Shown here one piece after another: positions 25,098 to 34,996 of a stretch of DNA of 59,753 nucleotides (the first letter of the stretch is position 1; the number at the start of each line of letters is the position of its first letter). The position numbers and the translations under genes are program-made. The notes below the pieces were generated by a model, which worked only from the letters and a program-made list of their open reading frames with translations, had not been told where the DNA came from and made no database searches. Source of the DNA: a virus; UHGV virus genome UHGV-0209512; one strand, 5' to 3'.

Positions 25098-26634
25098 TAA
25101 CATGCCGCGAGTAGTCTGGAAGCCACATCCAGGTTCACAGACGCTCGCTTTATCCTGCCCTGCTGATATCATTTTATACCACGGTACTCGCGGTCCTGGA
25201 AAGACGGACTGCCAGCTTATGCGTTTCCGTAAGAATGTTGGCGTAGGGTACGGTAAATTCTGGAAGGGTATTATATTCGATCGTGAATATAAAAACCTTG
25301 ATGACCTTGTAACCAAATCACAGCGTTGGTTCCCTGAATTTAAAGATGGTGCTAAATTCCTTAGCTCTAAGTCTGATTATAAATGGGTTTGGCCCACTGG
25401 GGAAGAATTGCTGTTCCGTGTTGCTTGCAAAGAAAAGGATTATTGGTCCTATCATGGTCACGAATACCCGTTTATCGGATGGAACGAATTAACAAAGTAT
25501 CCGGACGGGCGTTTGTTTGAAGCAATGATGTCCTGTAACCGTTCATCATTCCTACCAGAAGATAATCCAATTATCAATCCGGACGGTACTGTTACATATT
25601 TACCAGACATTCCTCTGGAAGTGTTTGCTACCAGTAACCCGTTTGGTGCGGGTCATAACTGGGTTAAGAAACGCTTCATTGACGCTGCACCGATGGGTAA
25701 GATACTCAGGAAAACTACGCGAGTGTTTAACCCGCGGACGCAGAAAGAGGAAGATGTGGTTACGACGCAATGCCATATCTTCGGATCTTATCGTGAGAAC
25801 AAAAACCTAAGTCCGAAATATATTGCAGAACTTATGTCTATCACAGACCCGAATAAACGCGCCGCATGGTTGGGCGGTAGCTGGGACATCACCTCCGGTG
25901 GTATGTTCGATGATCTGTGGCGTAGCACTGTTCATAAAATACGCCCATTCCCAATTCCTTCAAGCTGGAAGATTACACGTTCTTTCGACTGGGGTTCTTC
26001 AAAACCATTCTCCGTTGGCTGGTGGGCTATTAGTGATGGTTCGGATGTTGTACGTGAGGATGGTACTACATTCTCTACTGTACGCGGTGACTTGTTCCGT
26101 ATTAACGAATGGTACGGCACTAACGGTAAAACAAACGAAGGTCTACATTTGCTGGACTCAGAGATTGCAAGCGGTATACTGGAGCGGGAATTGGCCTGGG
26201 GTATACACGACCGTGTAGTTCCTGGACCTGCGGATAACTCTATTTGGGATCTGGAGAACAATAACTCTACCGCCGCAACAATGGCGAAGAAAATCCGTCT
26301 TAACGGCAAGCTGTATAACGGTATCCATTGGAAGAGAAGTGATAAATCTGCTGGGTCGCGTAAACGCGGATGGCAGAAAATGCGTGAGTTTCTTAAAGCT
26401 GCATTGCGGGAAGATGCAAACGGTAAACCTTTGCCGGGACCACGTGAAAATCCAGCAATGTATGTTTTCGATAACTGCAATTATTTCTTTGAACTGGTTC
26501 CAAGTCTCCCGCGCGATGAAGTAGATCAGGATGACGTTGATACGGAATGTGAAGACCATATGGGCGATGAAGTACGTTATATGGTTCTGGATCAAGCTGT
26601 TTATACAGGTGTTGGTAAAACTATCGGTATTTAA
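25075..26634 (+). CDS. Terminase large subunit
   Basis: 519 aa; N-terminal ATPase P-loop-like HGTRGPGKT; C-terminal acidic nuclease-like region; followed by portal gene. Confidence 0.75.
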   Translation: MELNRQPDNMPRVVWKPHPGSQTLALSCPADIILYHGTRGPGKTDCQLMRFRKNVGVGYGKFWKGIIFDREYKNLDDLVTKSQRWFPEFKDGAKFLSSKSDYKWVWPTGEELLFRVACKEKDYWSYHGHEYPFIGWNELTKYPDGRLFEAMMSCNRSSFLPEDNPIINPDGTVTYLPDIPLEVFATSNPFGAGHNWVKKRFIDAAPMGKILRKTTRVFNPRTQKEEDVVTTQCHIFGSYRENKNLSPKYIAELMSITDPNKRAAWLGGSWDITSGGMFDDLWRSTVHKIRPFPIPSSWKITRSFDWGSSKPFSVGWWAISDGSDVVREDGTTFSTVRGDLFRINEWYGTNGKTNEGLHLLDSEIASGILERELAWGIHDRVVPGPADNSIWDLENNNSTAATMAKKIRLNGKLYNGIHWKRSDKSAGSRKRGWQKMREFLKAALREDANGKPLPGPRENPAMYVFDNCNYFFELVPSLPRDEVDQDDVDTECEDHMGDEVRYMVLDQAVYTGVGKTIGI

Positions 26635-26645
26635 CTGGAGGGTAT

Positions 26646-28142
26646 ATGGGTATTGATGCAACTCACCCGCTATATGACAAGTGGAAGGATGCATGGGTTA
26701 AGTGCAACGACTGCTATGAGGGTGAAGATAAAATTAAGGAAGAAGGTGTTAAATATCTACCACCTTTAGCTTCCATGATTATTGATGGGATGAATAACCC
26801 TAATGATTTGGGCTTTCAACGTTGGCTCGCTTATCGTTTGCGTGCTAACTTCCCTGACGATTATTCAAGTGCTGTCACAAATAATTTAGGTCTGTTGCAC
26901 CAGAAGCCGCCTACAATCCAGCTTCCTCCTGAAATGGAGTACATGCGGGAGCTGTGTACTGCGGATGGTGAAGACATTATTGCTCTGCTACGTCGCATCA
27001 ACGAAATGCAGTTAAAAAATGGACGTTTGGGCCTGCTGCTGGACTTGCCAAAAGGTGAGGATGTAAATAACAGACCGTATATTAGCGTTTATGATGCTTT
27101 ATCCATTATCAACTGGGATGATGGTAAAGATGAACTAGGTAATATCAACTTGAACATGGTTGTACTGGATGAAAGCGGTCCTGTACGTGTTAATCAGTTT
27201 GACTGGAAAGAAGAGAAGCGTTATCGAGTTCTGCAATTAGGTCCGATGGACACAGATGAAGTTGCAGGCGGGGCGGTCTACTCCCAGCATTTATTTATCA
27301 ACAATACCAATTATGATGAAGGGCAAATGATTGCTCCTTATTATAAAGGTAAGACTCTGGACGAAATACCTTTCCAGTTTGTTAATACAACAGATATTAC
27401 CCCAGCACCGGAAGCGCCTCCATTGTTGGGGCTAGCTAACATCTGCTTAAGCATGTACCGAAGTGACGCTGATTACCGTCAAAGTCTGCATATGCAAGGT
27501 CAGGACACGTTAGTTGTTGTTGGTGGCTCTGGCGAGAATGGGGATAAAGCCCCTCAACGTATTGGTCCTGGTGCGGTGATCAACGTTGCTCTTGGGGGTG
27601 ACGCTAAATATGTAGGCGTTAGCGGCGATGGTTTGTCCGAGCAACGCCTTGCATTGGCAGCGGATAAGCAGGAAGCTCAGATTAAAGCTGGGCAGATGGT
27701 AAACAACACCAAGAGCACGCAGGAATCAGGCGAAGCTATGAAAACGCGTATTGCTGCGCGTACCGCTAGCCTGATTCGAATTGCGTATACTGGTGCGGCA
27801 GGTTTGGAAAACTTGCTAAAGGTTTGCGCTAAATGGATGGGTGCTGATCCAGAGAAAGTTGTGGTTAAACCTAATCTTGAATTTACTAAGAGCATGTTTA
27901 ACGGTCAGGACTTTGTTCAAATTATTACTGCACGCAACCTTAAGGCTCCGATCAGTTTGCAGTCTATTCATGGCTGGCTTGTTGATCAGGGCTTAACCAC
28001 ACTAAGCTTTGAAGAAGAAATGGCAATTCTTGAAGAAGAGCTTAAGAAGTGGCCTCTGCCCGATGATGCCAAAGCTGATTTAAACGCAGAGCAGCAAGTA
28101 AACAAAGATCCTAAGGAAGACGACGCTTCCGATAAAGAATAG
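26646..28142 (+). CDS. Portal protein
   Basis: 498-aa ORF directly after terminase with GGAGGG RBS; acidic C-terminus; assignment by size and position. Confidence 0.65.
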   Translation: MGIDATHPLYDKWKDAWVKCNDCYEGEDKIKEEGVKYLPPLASMIIDGMNNPNDLGFQRWLAYRLRANFPDDYSSAVTNNLGLLHQKPPTIQLPPEMEYMRELCTADGEDIIALLRRINEMQLKNGRLGLLLDLPKGEDVNNRPYISVYDALSIINWDDGKDELGNINLNMVVLDESGPVRVNQFDWKEEKRYRVLQLGPMDTDEVAGGAVYSQHLFINNTNYDEGQMIAPYYKGKTLDEIPFQFVNTTDITPAPEAPPLLGLANICLSMYRSDADYRQSLHMQGQDTLVVVGGSGENGDKAPQRIGPGAVINVALGGDAKYVGVSGDGLSEQRLALAADKQEAQIKAGQMVNNTKSTQESGEAMKTRIAARTASLIRIAYTGAAGLENLLKVCAKWMGADPEKVVVKPNLEFTKSMFNGQDFVQIITARNLKAPISLQSIHGWLVDQGLTTLSFEEEMAILEEELKKWPLPDDAKADLNAEQQVNKDPKEDDASDKE

Positions 28143-28237
28143 TTGCAACTTGCAAGTTGATCGGTTTATATTAACGAACACGGGGCTGGGACGGCTCAGC
28201 CCCAAAAACGTCACACGGGTGACAACGGAGATAAGAA

Positions 28238-29110
28238 ATGAAAAAGAGTTCTGTAGCTATTAGTGTTGGTTTTGCTCTAATTGATCCACGCGCTCGCGGT
28301 GAAGGTGATGTGGAATTGCAATACGAGTACGCATCTGCGGAAGAAATCCCAGCGGAATTTGCAACTCTTTACGCAGAGCAGGGCGGTAAATACGTTCTTG
28401 CAAAAGTCAAAGGTGTGGCACCTGCTGATAGCGTTCGTCGTCTGGAAAGTGCGTTAGCAAAAGAGCGTAACGATCATCGTCAGGTGAAGCAACAAATTAG
28501 CGCACTGGGGCGTCCGGTTGAAGAAGTCTTGGCGGATTTGGATCGTATCCCTGAGCTGGAAGCTGCTGCTAACGGTAAAGGTAATCCGGAAGACATTGAG
28601 AAGATGGTCAAAGCCCGTCTTGCTCCGCTTGAGCGTCAATTGCAAACTGTCATCGCCGAGCGTGACACGGTTAAGCAGGAAATTGAAGGCTACCGCACTC
28701 GCGAAACTAAAGCGAAGATTAAAGATGCAGTTATTGCCGCTGCTTCTGGTGCTAAATTGCGTCCATCTGCTATCGAAGACGCTGTAACTTATGCGCAGTT
28801 GCAAATGACTGTCGACGAGAACGGCAATGTGGTTACGAAAGATGGGGCTGGTGTAACTCCTTACCTGACTCCGGCGGATTGGCTTAACGAGATCCTCCCG
28901 AAACGTCCGCATTGGGTTGAAGGATCTGCTGGTGGCGGTGCATCTGGTCCTGGCGCTGGCGGCCATCACGGTGAAGACCCATACAGTCACGACGGTTGGA
29001 ACATCTCTAAGCAGATGAATCTCTGGAAAACTAATCAATCTTTAGCTAAACGCTTAGCTGAAAAGAATGGCGTAGATCCGTTGAAGCCTGTACGTCCTGC
29101 TAAGAAATAA
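28238..29110 (+). CDS. Putative scaffolding protein
   Basis: 290 aa, charged helix-rich protein between portal and capsid genes. Confidence 0.45.
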   Translation: MKKSSVAISVGFALIDPRARGEGDVELQYEYASAEEIPAEFATLYAEQGGKYVLAKVKGVAPADSVRRLESALAKERNDHRQVKQQISALGRPVEEVLADLDRIPELEAAANGKGNPEDIEKMVKARLAPLERQLQTVIAERDTVKQEIEGYRTRETKAKIKDAVIAAASGAKLRPSAIEDAVTYAQLQMTVDENGNVVTKDGAGVTPYLTPADWLNEILPKRPHWVEGSAGGGASGPGAGGHHGEDPYSHDGWNISKQMNLWKTNQSLAKRLAEKNGVDPLKPVRPAKK

Positions 29111-29232
29111 GTTGACATCCCGACGTCCCTGATGTTAAGTTTCAACAAATCAGGGACACGGGTTCCTAAACAGCCTTCCACGGGGAAAGGCTACCAACAG
29201 TAAACAAATCAATCCTTTTCCTGGAGACAAGT

Positions 29233-30294
29233 ATGTCTAAATCTAAAATTATTCTACCATTTGGTCGTGGTGAAACTGACCTGACTCGTTTGAAGGATGT
29301 CATTGTCCCTGAGATCTTCACTGGTTATGTTCAGACGCAGACCGCTGAACTTTCTGCTCTGATCCAATCCGGTGCGGTTGTAATGGACGAGCGTTTATCT
29401 GCTAACCTTGCTGGTGCAGGTCTGACTTTTAACGAGCCGTTCTATAATGACCTGAAAGACGAAGACGAAGATATTGCGATCGATAAAGGTGCTCCGTCCA
29501 AACCGTCAAACATCACTACCGGATCTGAAGTTCAGGTTCGTATGAGCCGTTCGAAATCCTGGGGTTCTGCAGATCTGGTATCTGCTTTGATTGGTAACGA
29601 CCCAATGACCGCTATCGGCAACCGCGTGTCTGCGTGGTGGGTTCGCCGTCTGCAAGCTGCATACATCGCAACCTGGAAAGGTGTGTTTGCTAATGCCAAG
29701 AAATCCCATTCGGACGATCTGACGTTCGATATTTCCGGTTCTTCATTTGTAAACAACCAGACCAACTTTACCGCGTCTAACTTCATCAACGCAACTGCAA
29801 CGATGGGTGATGCTGCTCGCGGTCTGACCATGATTATGGTACACTCTACCGTTCGTAACCGTATGCGTCAGCTGAACCTGATTGACTTCATTCCGGATGC
29901 TCGCGGTGAAACTCAGTTTGAGTATTATCAGGGTCTGCGTATTATCGAAGACGACTCCATGCCGCACGATCCGTCTACTGGTATCTTTGAAAGCTGGCTG
30001 TTCGGCCCGGGCGCTACCGCAATGGGCGCTGGTTCACCGAAAGTTCCGACCGCCGTGGTTCGTGATGAAGCTGCTAACAATGGTGCTGGTGAAGAAGTTC
30101 TTCACAACCGTGTTGAATGGATTCTGCATCCTGTTGGTCATGCTTGGGCTGCTGCTCAAACTGCTAAAGGTGGTCCGTCTAACGCTGCAACCACTAACAA
30201 CCTGGCCCATGAAGATTCCTGGCGTCGTGCGTTCCCTGAGCGCAAGCAGCTTAAAGTTGCTCGCCTGATTACTCGTGAGTATCAGGGTTCCTAA
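29233..30294 (+). CDS. Major capsid protein
   Basis: 353 aa with GGAGA RBS, followed by a strong terminator; assignment by position and size. Confidence 0.6.
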   Translation: MSKSKIILPFGRGETDLTRLKDVIVPEIFTGYVQTQTAELSALIQSGAVVMDERLSANLAGAGLTFNEPFYNDLKDEDEDIAIDKGAPSKPSNITTGSEVQVRMSRSKSWGSADLVSALIGNDPMTAIGNRVSAWWVRRLQAAYIATWKGVFANAKKSHSDDLTFDISGSSFVNNQTNFTASNFINATATMGDAARGLTMIMVHSTVRNRMRQLNLIDFIPDARGETQFEYYQGLRIIEDDSMPHDPSTGIFESWLFGPGATAMGAGSPKVPTAVVRDEAANNGAGEEVLHNRVEWILHPVGHAWAAAQTAKGGPSNAATTNNLAHEDSWRRAFPERKQLKVARLITREYQGS

Positions 30295-30325
30295 GGCTTC
30301 ACTCAACGCCGCGCTGTAGTATTTT

Positions 30326-30351
30326 GGGGACATTTATGTCCCCTCTTTTTT
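30326..30351 (+). terminator. Rho-independent terminator after capsid gene (GGGGACA-TTTA-TGTCCCC + TCTTTTTT)
   Basis: 7-bp GC-rich stem with T-run, 32 nt after the capsid stop. Confidence 0.65.
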
Positions 30352-30363
30352 AGGAGAACAACC

Positions 30364-30687
30364 ATGCGTTATCAACGTTATGAACGACATGACTTGATGG
30401 AAAAATCGTTGCAGGTGGAGCCAATTTCGATTACTCTCGATCCTGCTACGATTGACACCACAACTTCAGAAGTAAAAACGGTTACTGTTAAAATAAACTT
30501 TGTCCCAGGCGGAACTACAAACAAAGCGTATAGCGCGTCAGTTGACGGTTCCTCTGCTACAATTAAAGACAACGGGGACGGTACAATTACTGTGACCACG
30601 ACCGAAAGCAGTGGTACTTCAAACTTGACAGTAACGTCCAAGGCAAAGGATAGTGTTACTGGTACATGTGTTATTAATGTGACCTAA
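30364..30687 (+). CDS. Ig-like (Big_2-type) domain protein, possible head decoration protein
   Basis: Thr/Ser/Val-rich beta-strand pattern (TVTVKINFVPGG ... TITVTTTESSGTSNLTVTSKAKDSVTGTCVINVT). Confidence 0.45.
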   Translation: MRYQRYERHDLMEKSLQVEPISITLDPATIDTTTSEVKTVTVKINFVPGGTTNKAYSASVDGSSATIKDNGDGTITVTTTESSGTSNLTVTSKAKDSVTGTCVINVT

Positions 30688-30704
30688 AAAATAAGGATTA
30701 AACA

Positions 30705-31358
30705 ATGAAGACATTAATTGAAGCATTGTTAGAACTTGATCCGGATAACCCGAATCATTGGACCAGCGATGGCTTACCTAAAGTTGACGCTCTGCGTTTC
30801 GCTACCGCTAACCCGTCTTTAACCCGCGACGATATTACAACTGCTGCTCCGCTGTTTACCCGCGATAACCGCGTGCTGGAAGAGCCCGAGCCAGTGGAAC
30901 CTGTTAAATCTGCTGATCCAGTTTTACATGAAGCTGTCAAACAGGAGAAAGCTCATGAAGAACAAAAGAAAGTCGCGGTTGCAACGATGCAAATCGAAGT
31001 TAAGATTAGCGAAGCACTGCGTGCTCTTCTGGAGCCGGAAAAAATCGGTGACACTTCCAGCTTAACCGATGAAGAGCTGAAAGCGAAGCGTGAAAAGCTT
31101 AGCAATGTGGTTAAAGAGATTGCTCACACTAAGCACGCGCTGGAGCTTGCTATTGCAGACGTTCAAGCAGATCTGGATAAGATTATCGTTGAGCAGGAAA
31201 GTCGTCGTCCTAAGTCCGGTCTTACTGCAACTCAGATGTATCTTGAAGCGCAGAAAAAACGTAAACCTGAAGACATGCTTTCTGACCATCGCTTCCAGAA
31301 CCCTATTGACGATCCGGTTGCCCGTATGGTTGCGCGTAATATGATGCGTCGAGGTTGA
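30705..31358 (+). CDS. Hypothetical virion-module protein (217 aa)
   Basis: ORF in structural operon; charged helical sequence. Confidence 0.5.
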   Translation: MKTLIEALLELDPDNPNHWTSDGLPKVDALRFATANPSLTRDDITTAAPLFTRDNRVLEEPEPVEPVKSADPVLHEAVKQEKAHEEQKKVAVATMQIEVKISEALRALLEPEKIGDTSSLTDEELKAKREKLSNVVKEIAHTKHALELAIADVQADLDKIIVEQESRRPKSGLTATQMYLEAQKKRKPEDMLSDHRFQNPIDDPVARMVARNMMRRG

Positions 31359-31412
31359 TCATGGAAATGAGCCATAGACAATATGTGTTGTGGCTCCTCC
31401 GACGTAATAGAA

Positions 31413-31440
31413 AACGGCGTCAAGAAGACGCCGTTTCTGT
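31413..31440 (+). terminator. Intra-operon stem-loop/attenuator AACGGCGTC-AAGAA-GACGCCGTT + TTCTGTT
   Basis: 9-bp perfect stem about 55 nt after the 30705..31358 stop. Confidence 0.45.
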
Positions 31441-31496
31441 TCCTGAAGAAGAGCTCCCGCCACTTATCCCTACAACCATCGCAATGAGGAAGAAAG

Positions 31497-32003
31497 ATGG
31501 AGATTCCACTGATAGTTGAAGATGGTACTGGTGTATCGGACGCCAACAGTTATGTGACCATTGAACAAGTCCGGATGTATGCCGCAATGCGAGGTATTGT
31601 ACTTCCAAGTGAAGATGAAGATCTAAAGACAAAGATCTTCGACGCTATGGATTTTGTGGAAGGATACGGTCAAAGGTTTAAGGGTTACAAAATGGACCCA
31701 CAGCAACCGCTAAATTGGCCACGCTACGGGGTGTTTGTGGATGGGTTCGAGCTACCCCAAAGCCCTTTACCAAAGGCGCTTATAAACGCGGTTTGCCAGC
31801 TTACAGCGGACTCAGCTACTGGCGGTCCCCTTAATGGGAAAACTACTGCATATGCAGTCAAAAGAACTAAAGTAGAAGGTCTTGAGATTGAATATGCAAC
31901 TGGTAGCACAGCACAGTCAGGTCCAGCAAAAACATATGATAAAGCTATGACGTTTTTATCACCTTTGCTTGGTTATCAAATGGGTAACAGATTAATACGG
32001 TGA
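31497..32003 (+). CDS. Putative head-tail connector/adaptor protein
   Basis: 168-aa ORF with GAGGA RBS; assigned by position. Confidence 0.4.
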   Translation: MEIPLIVEDGTGVSDANSYVTIEQVRMYAAMRGIVLPSEDEDLKTKIFDAMDFVEGYGQRFKGYKMDPQQPLNWPRYGVFVDGFELPQSPLPKALINAVCQLTADSATGGPLNGKTTAYAVKRTKVEGLEIEYATGSTAQSGPAKTYDKAMTFLSPLLGYQMGNRLIR

Positions 32004-32006
32004 TTT

Positions 32007-32387
32007 ATGAGCTTTCCTTATGAGCAGTTAGTTGAAGCTGCAAAGCAAATGATCAACGACGCTGGCGTGAACTGTACACTTGTGGTCATGGAAGAAGGAG
32101 AAGGTCAAGATGAGTGGGATGATCCAAGTGTTGAAAAACGCTACCCATTTATCGGAGCTTTTCTTTCTCCGAAGGAAAAAATGATCGGTGGGAGTCTTGT
32201 TGCTGCTGGCGAATTGAAAGTCTTAACCTATCCAATGACACCTCCGTTGACTCGCGATAAGGCAATGACTGCACGCATTGAGCGTATGTCACCGGATGGG
32301 GAACTGGAAGTGTGGACCATAAATGAGTTTGTTGATACACGACCAGCTAACGTTTCTGTTCTTTATACTTTCAAGGTGACGCGATAA
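32007..32387 (+). CDS. Putative head completion/head-tail joining protein
   Basis: 126-aa ORF in conserved position. Confidence 0.4.
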   Translation: MSFPYEQLVEAAKQMINDAGVNCTLVVMEEGEGQDEWDDPSVEKRYPFIGAFLSPKEKMIGGSLVAAGELKVLTYPMTPPLTRDKAMTARIERMSPDGELEVWTINEFVDTRPANVSVLYTFKVTR

Positions 32388-32794
32388 TGGGATTCGGGGC
32401 GGATATACGGCGTGCAAGTCAAAAGGTGCTTGTCCAGACTGGGGAGCAAGCCAAAAAGGTTGTTGTCAAGTTCACGGAGAATGTAATTCAGGATACTCCT
32501 GTTAAGACCGGACGTACAAAAGGCGGTTGGCGTTCATCCATTGGTACACCATATGCGACGGAAACTATCCGCCTCGACCCTACTGGGGAATTAGCTAAAG
32601 CGGAAGCTAGGGTTATCGTAAGACAGTTGCCGGATGATAAAGACTGGACTTTCTACTTTAGCAACTTAACCCCGTATGCTCCGAAACTTGAATATCTTGG
32701 TTGGTCGCAGCAAGCGCCAAATGGCATGGTGCGTATTAACGTAGCGAAGCTACCAATGTTGATACGCCAAGCTATTGTAGAAGGAAAACTATAA
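32387..32794 (+). CDS. Putative neck/tail-completion protein
   Basis: 135-aa ORF overlapping the upstream stop. Confidence 0.4.
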   Translation: MGFGADIRRASQKVLVQTGEQAKKVVVKFTENVIQDTPVKTGRTKGGWRSSIGTPYATETIRLDPTGELAKAEARVIVRQLPDDKDWTFYFSNLTPYAPKLEYLGWSQQAPNGMVRINVAKLPMLIRQAIVEGKL

Positions 32795-33243
32795 TGCTGG
32801 GATACGATTTTATCAATGACGCATTTAATAAGATGCTACGCGAAGCCGTTGGACCGGATATCGGTATAGCTTGGAAGAACAAGAAGTTTACACCCAAAGC
32901 GAATCAGATGTGGTTAAAGGCAATCAATGCACCTGCATCCACATACGCGGCAACGCTAGGTGACAACGGTCTGAATGAAATTCCAGGATTCTATCAAGTC
33001 ACAGTGTACAGTCCGTTAAACACTGGAACGTCTAAACAGAATCAAATCTTGGATTCCATTCGGAAAAAGTTTAAACTGGGCTTGCGTATCCCGTGCCCGG
33101 ATGACCACACGATACGAATTGTCAGCTTAGACTTTTCGCAGGGTGGACAAACTTCGCTGAATGATTTTACCAAAGGCGGGGTTGAAGACAACTGGGACGT
33201 TAACTTTATTACAATCTATTGGTCGGCTCGTGAGCCGAGGTAA
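32794..33243 (+). CDS. Putative tail terminator protein
   Basis: 149-aa ORF immediately upstream of the major tail protein gene. Confidence 0.4.
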   Translation: MLGYDFINDAFNKMLREAVGPDIGIAWKNKKFTPKANQMWLKAINAPASTYAATLGDNGLNEIPGFYQVTVYSPLNTGTSKQNQILDSIRKKFKLGLRIPCPDDHTIRIVSLDFSQGGQTSLNDFTKGGVEDNWDVNFITIYWSAREPR

Positions 33244-33257
33244 GTGAGGATCTAAAT

Positions 33258-34181
33258 ATGGCTACAGGTTCACGTTATTCGTGTTATTACGTCAAAGAAG
33301 ATGTGAGCAACACAACTCCAGCGAACGCAAAGTTTACCCCGTTTCGTGTGACGAGTTCCGGTCTGGATATTAACATCGCGACGCTGGAGTCTGAAGAACT
33401 GCGTGATGACGCAGAAACCGCAGACTTCCGTCTTGGCGCTCGAAGCGTTGAAGGTACGGTAACGGGCGAAATGTCCTTCGGTACGTTTGACGACCTCATT
33501 GCGGCAGCGCTGCGCGGTGAATGGCAGGAGAACGTCCTTAAAGGTGGTATTGTTCGCCAGTCATTTACTTTTGTAGACTATAACGCAGATCTGCCATCAG
33601 GTAAATACACAATCTATCGCGGTTGTGAAGTTAACAGCATGACTTTCGCATTGTCAGCTGAAAACATGACCACAGTAGAGTTTGGTATTGTTGGTCGCTC
33701 CATGGAAATTGCTGAATCACTTCCTGCCGGTGCTTCCATTAAAGCTCGTACAACTTCTTCACCGATGGACGGCTTCTCCGGTCGCTTGCTGGAAGGCGGT
33801 CAGGAAATTAGCGTTATTACGGAAATCGGTCTTACCGTTGAAAACGATATCTCCCCGCGCTTCGTTGTTGGCTCGAAGTTCTCCATTGAACCGTCTGCTG
33901 GTCGCCGTGCTGTAACTGGTACAGCTAACGTTTACTTCCTGGATAACAAACTGCGTAAGAAGTATCTGGATGAAGTGGAAACTTCAATCAAGTTTGATCT
34001 GATTGACCCAAGCAATCCGCAACAAAAATACACCGTGGAAATCCCTCGCGTGAAATTCACAGAGGCTCCGCGTCCTATTGACGGTGAAGGCGATATCATG
34101 CTTAATATGGGCTACCGCGGATTGCTGGACCCAACAACCGCAAGTTCCATCAAAATTACCCGCGTTTTAGCGGCAGCATAA
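33258..34181 (+). CDS. Major tail (tube) protein
   Basis: 307-aa ORF directly upstream of the chaperone/frameshift/tape-measure unit. Confidence 0.55.
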   Translation: MATGSRYSCYYVKEDVSNTTPANAKFTPFRVTSSGLDINIATLESEELRDDAETADFRLGARSVEGTVTGEMSFGTFDDLIAAALRGEWQENVLKGGIVRQSFTFVDYNADLPSGKYTIYRGCEVNSMTFALSAENMTTVEFGIVGRSMEIAESLPAGASIKARTTSSPMDGFSGRLLEGGQEISVITEIGLTVENDISPRFVVGSKFSIEPSAGRRAVTGTANVYFLDNKLRKKYLDEVETSIKFDLIDPSNPQQKYTVEIPRVKFTEAPRPIDGEGDIMLNMGYRGLLDPTTASSIKITRVLAAA

Positions 34182-34190
34182 GGATAAGAA

Positions 34191-34598
34191 ATGACCGACA
34201 CCAAAAAAGCCAAAGTTGCAGTAGCTAAAAGCTTCCGTGATTTTAAAACTGTGAGCCGGGCAAATGACCCGGCAAACACTAAGCCAATGAATGTGGTTAT
34301 TCCTGGTGTAGGCGACACTGGCGAAAAACTCTACATTCGTAGCCGCTACTGCACAGAGTATCGTGACGCAGAATTGAAAGCACAGCGTCAACTGTTGGCG
34401 CTTATGCAGGGTAAAGACGGTGAAGTAACGGATGCTATGAAGGAAGATATCCTTACCCGTTCACTGTGTAACCTTGTAGCAGGTTGGACTTTTGACGAGC
34501 CACCGACTGTTGATAACGTGTTTGAGTTCTTAACGGAGAACCCAACTGTCCGAGAAGACCTTAACGTATTTGCCGCTAAAGATAGTAATTTTTTCTAA
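34191..34598 (+). CDS. Tail assembly chaperone (G-like)
   Basis: 135-aa acidic protein immediately upstream of tape measure; ends in a slippery heptamer. Confidence 0.6.
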   Translation: MTDTKKAKVAVAKSFRDFKTVSRANDPANTKPMNVVIPGVGDTGEKLYIRSRYCTEYRDAELKAQRQLLALMQGKDGEVTDAMKEDILTRSLCNLVAGWTFDEPPTVDNVFEFLTENPTVREDLNVFAAKDSNFF

Positions 34599-34996
34599 AA
34601 GCGCGCAGACAGTTAATTGATAAGAAGATCCTCCAATGGGAACTAAATAGCAAAGTCCCCGGCGGGGGATCTTCTTTATTATCGCAACTGCAAAAGGTTG
34701 AGGAACAGTCTGGTAAGACGCCACCTAAGCTTAAAGAATATCGGGAAAAGGAAATACCGCTTTGCTTCGAATATCTATCTACTTTATTTGATGATATCTA
34801 CACTGGAGGAGATTTTAGTTATACAGAATTGCACAGCTATCAAGTGACAATGGGCTTACGTCTTCAACCGTACGAATGCGAAATACTGCGGCAGCTATGG
34901 CTTGAAAAGCGCGTGTCAGAAGCTGAACAAAATGCTAAACTCATGGAAAGTCAAATGCAAAATCAAAATAAAGGTAGAAGAAAAAGGAGAAGATAA
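34191..34996 (+). CDS. Tail assembly chaperone -1 frameshift fusion product (GT-like), predicted
   Basis: Joins 34191..34595 to the -1 frame 34595..34996; the -1 frame was translated codon by codon with no stop and ends next to the tape measure ATG. Confidence 0.5.
34589..34595 (+). other. Slippery heptamer T_TTT_TTC for programmed -1 ribosomal frameshift
   Basis: Zero-frame codons AAT TTT TTC TAA; after a -1 slip the frame stays open for 133 codons to TAA at 34994-34996. Confidence 0.55.

Noticed and set aside
25932-26694. Minus-strand ORFs of 182 and 178 aa inside the terminase gene
   Set aside because: Antisense to a well-supported terminase gene; no RBS.
31361-31507. 48-aa ORF between 30705..31358 and 31497..32003
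   Set aside because: Contains the terminator-like stem-loop at 31413-31440 and lacks an RBS; more likely regulatory.
31740-31760. tRNA gene (GGTTCGAGC T-loop-like motif)
   Set aside because: Lies inside a coding ORF with no matching acceptor or anticodon arms; no tRNA-like structure found elsewhere by eye.
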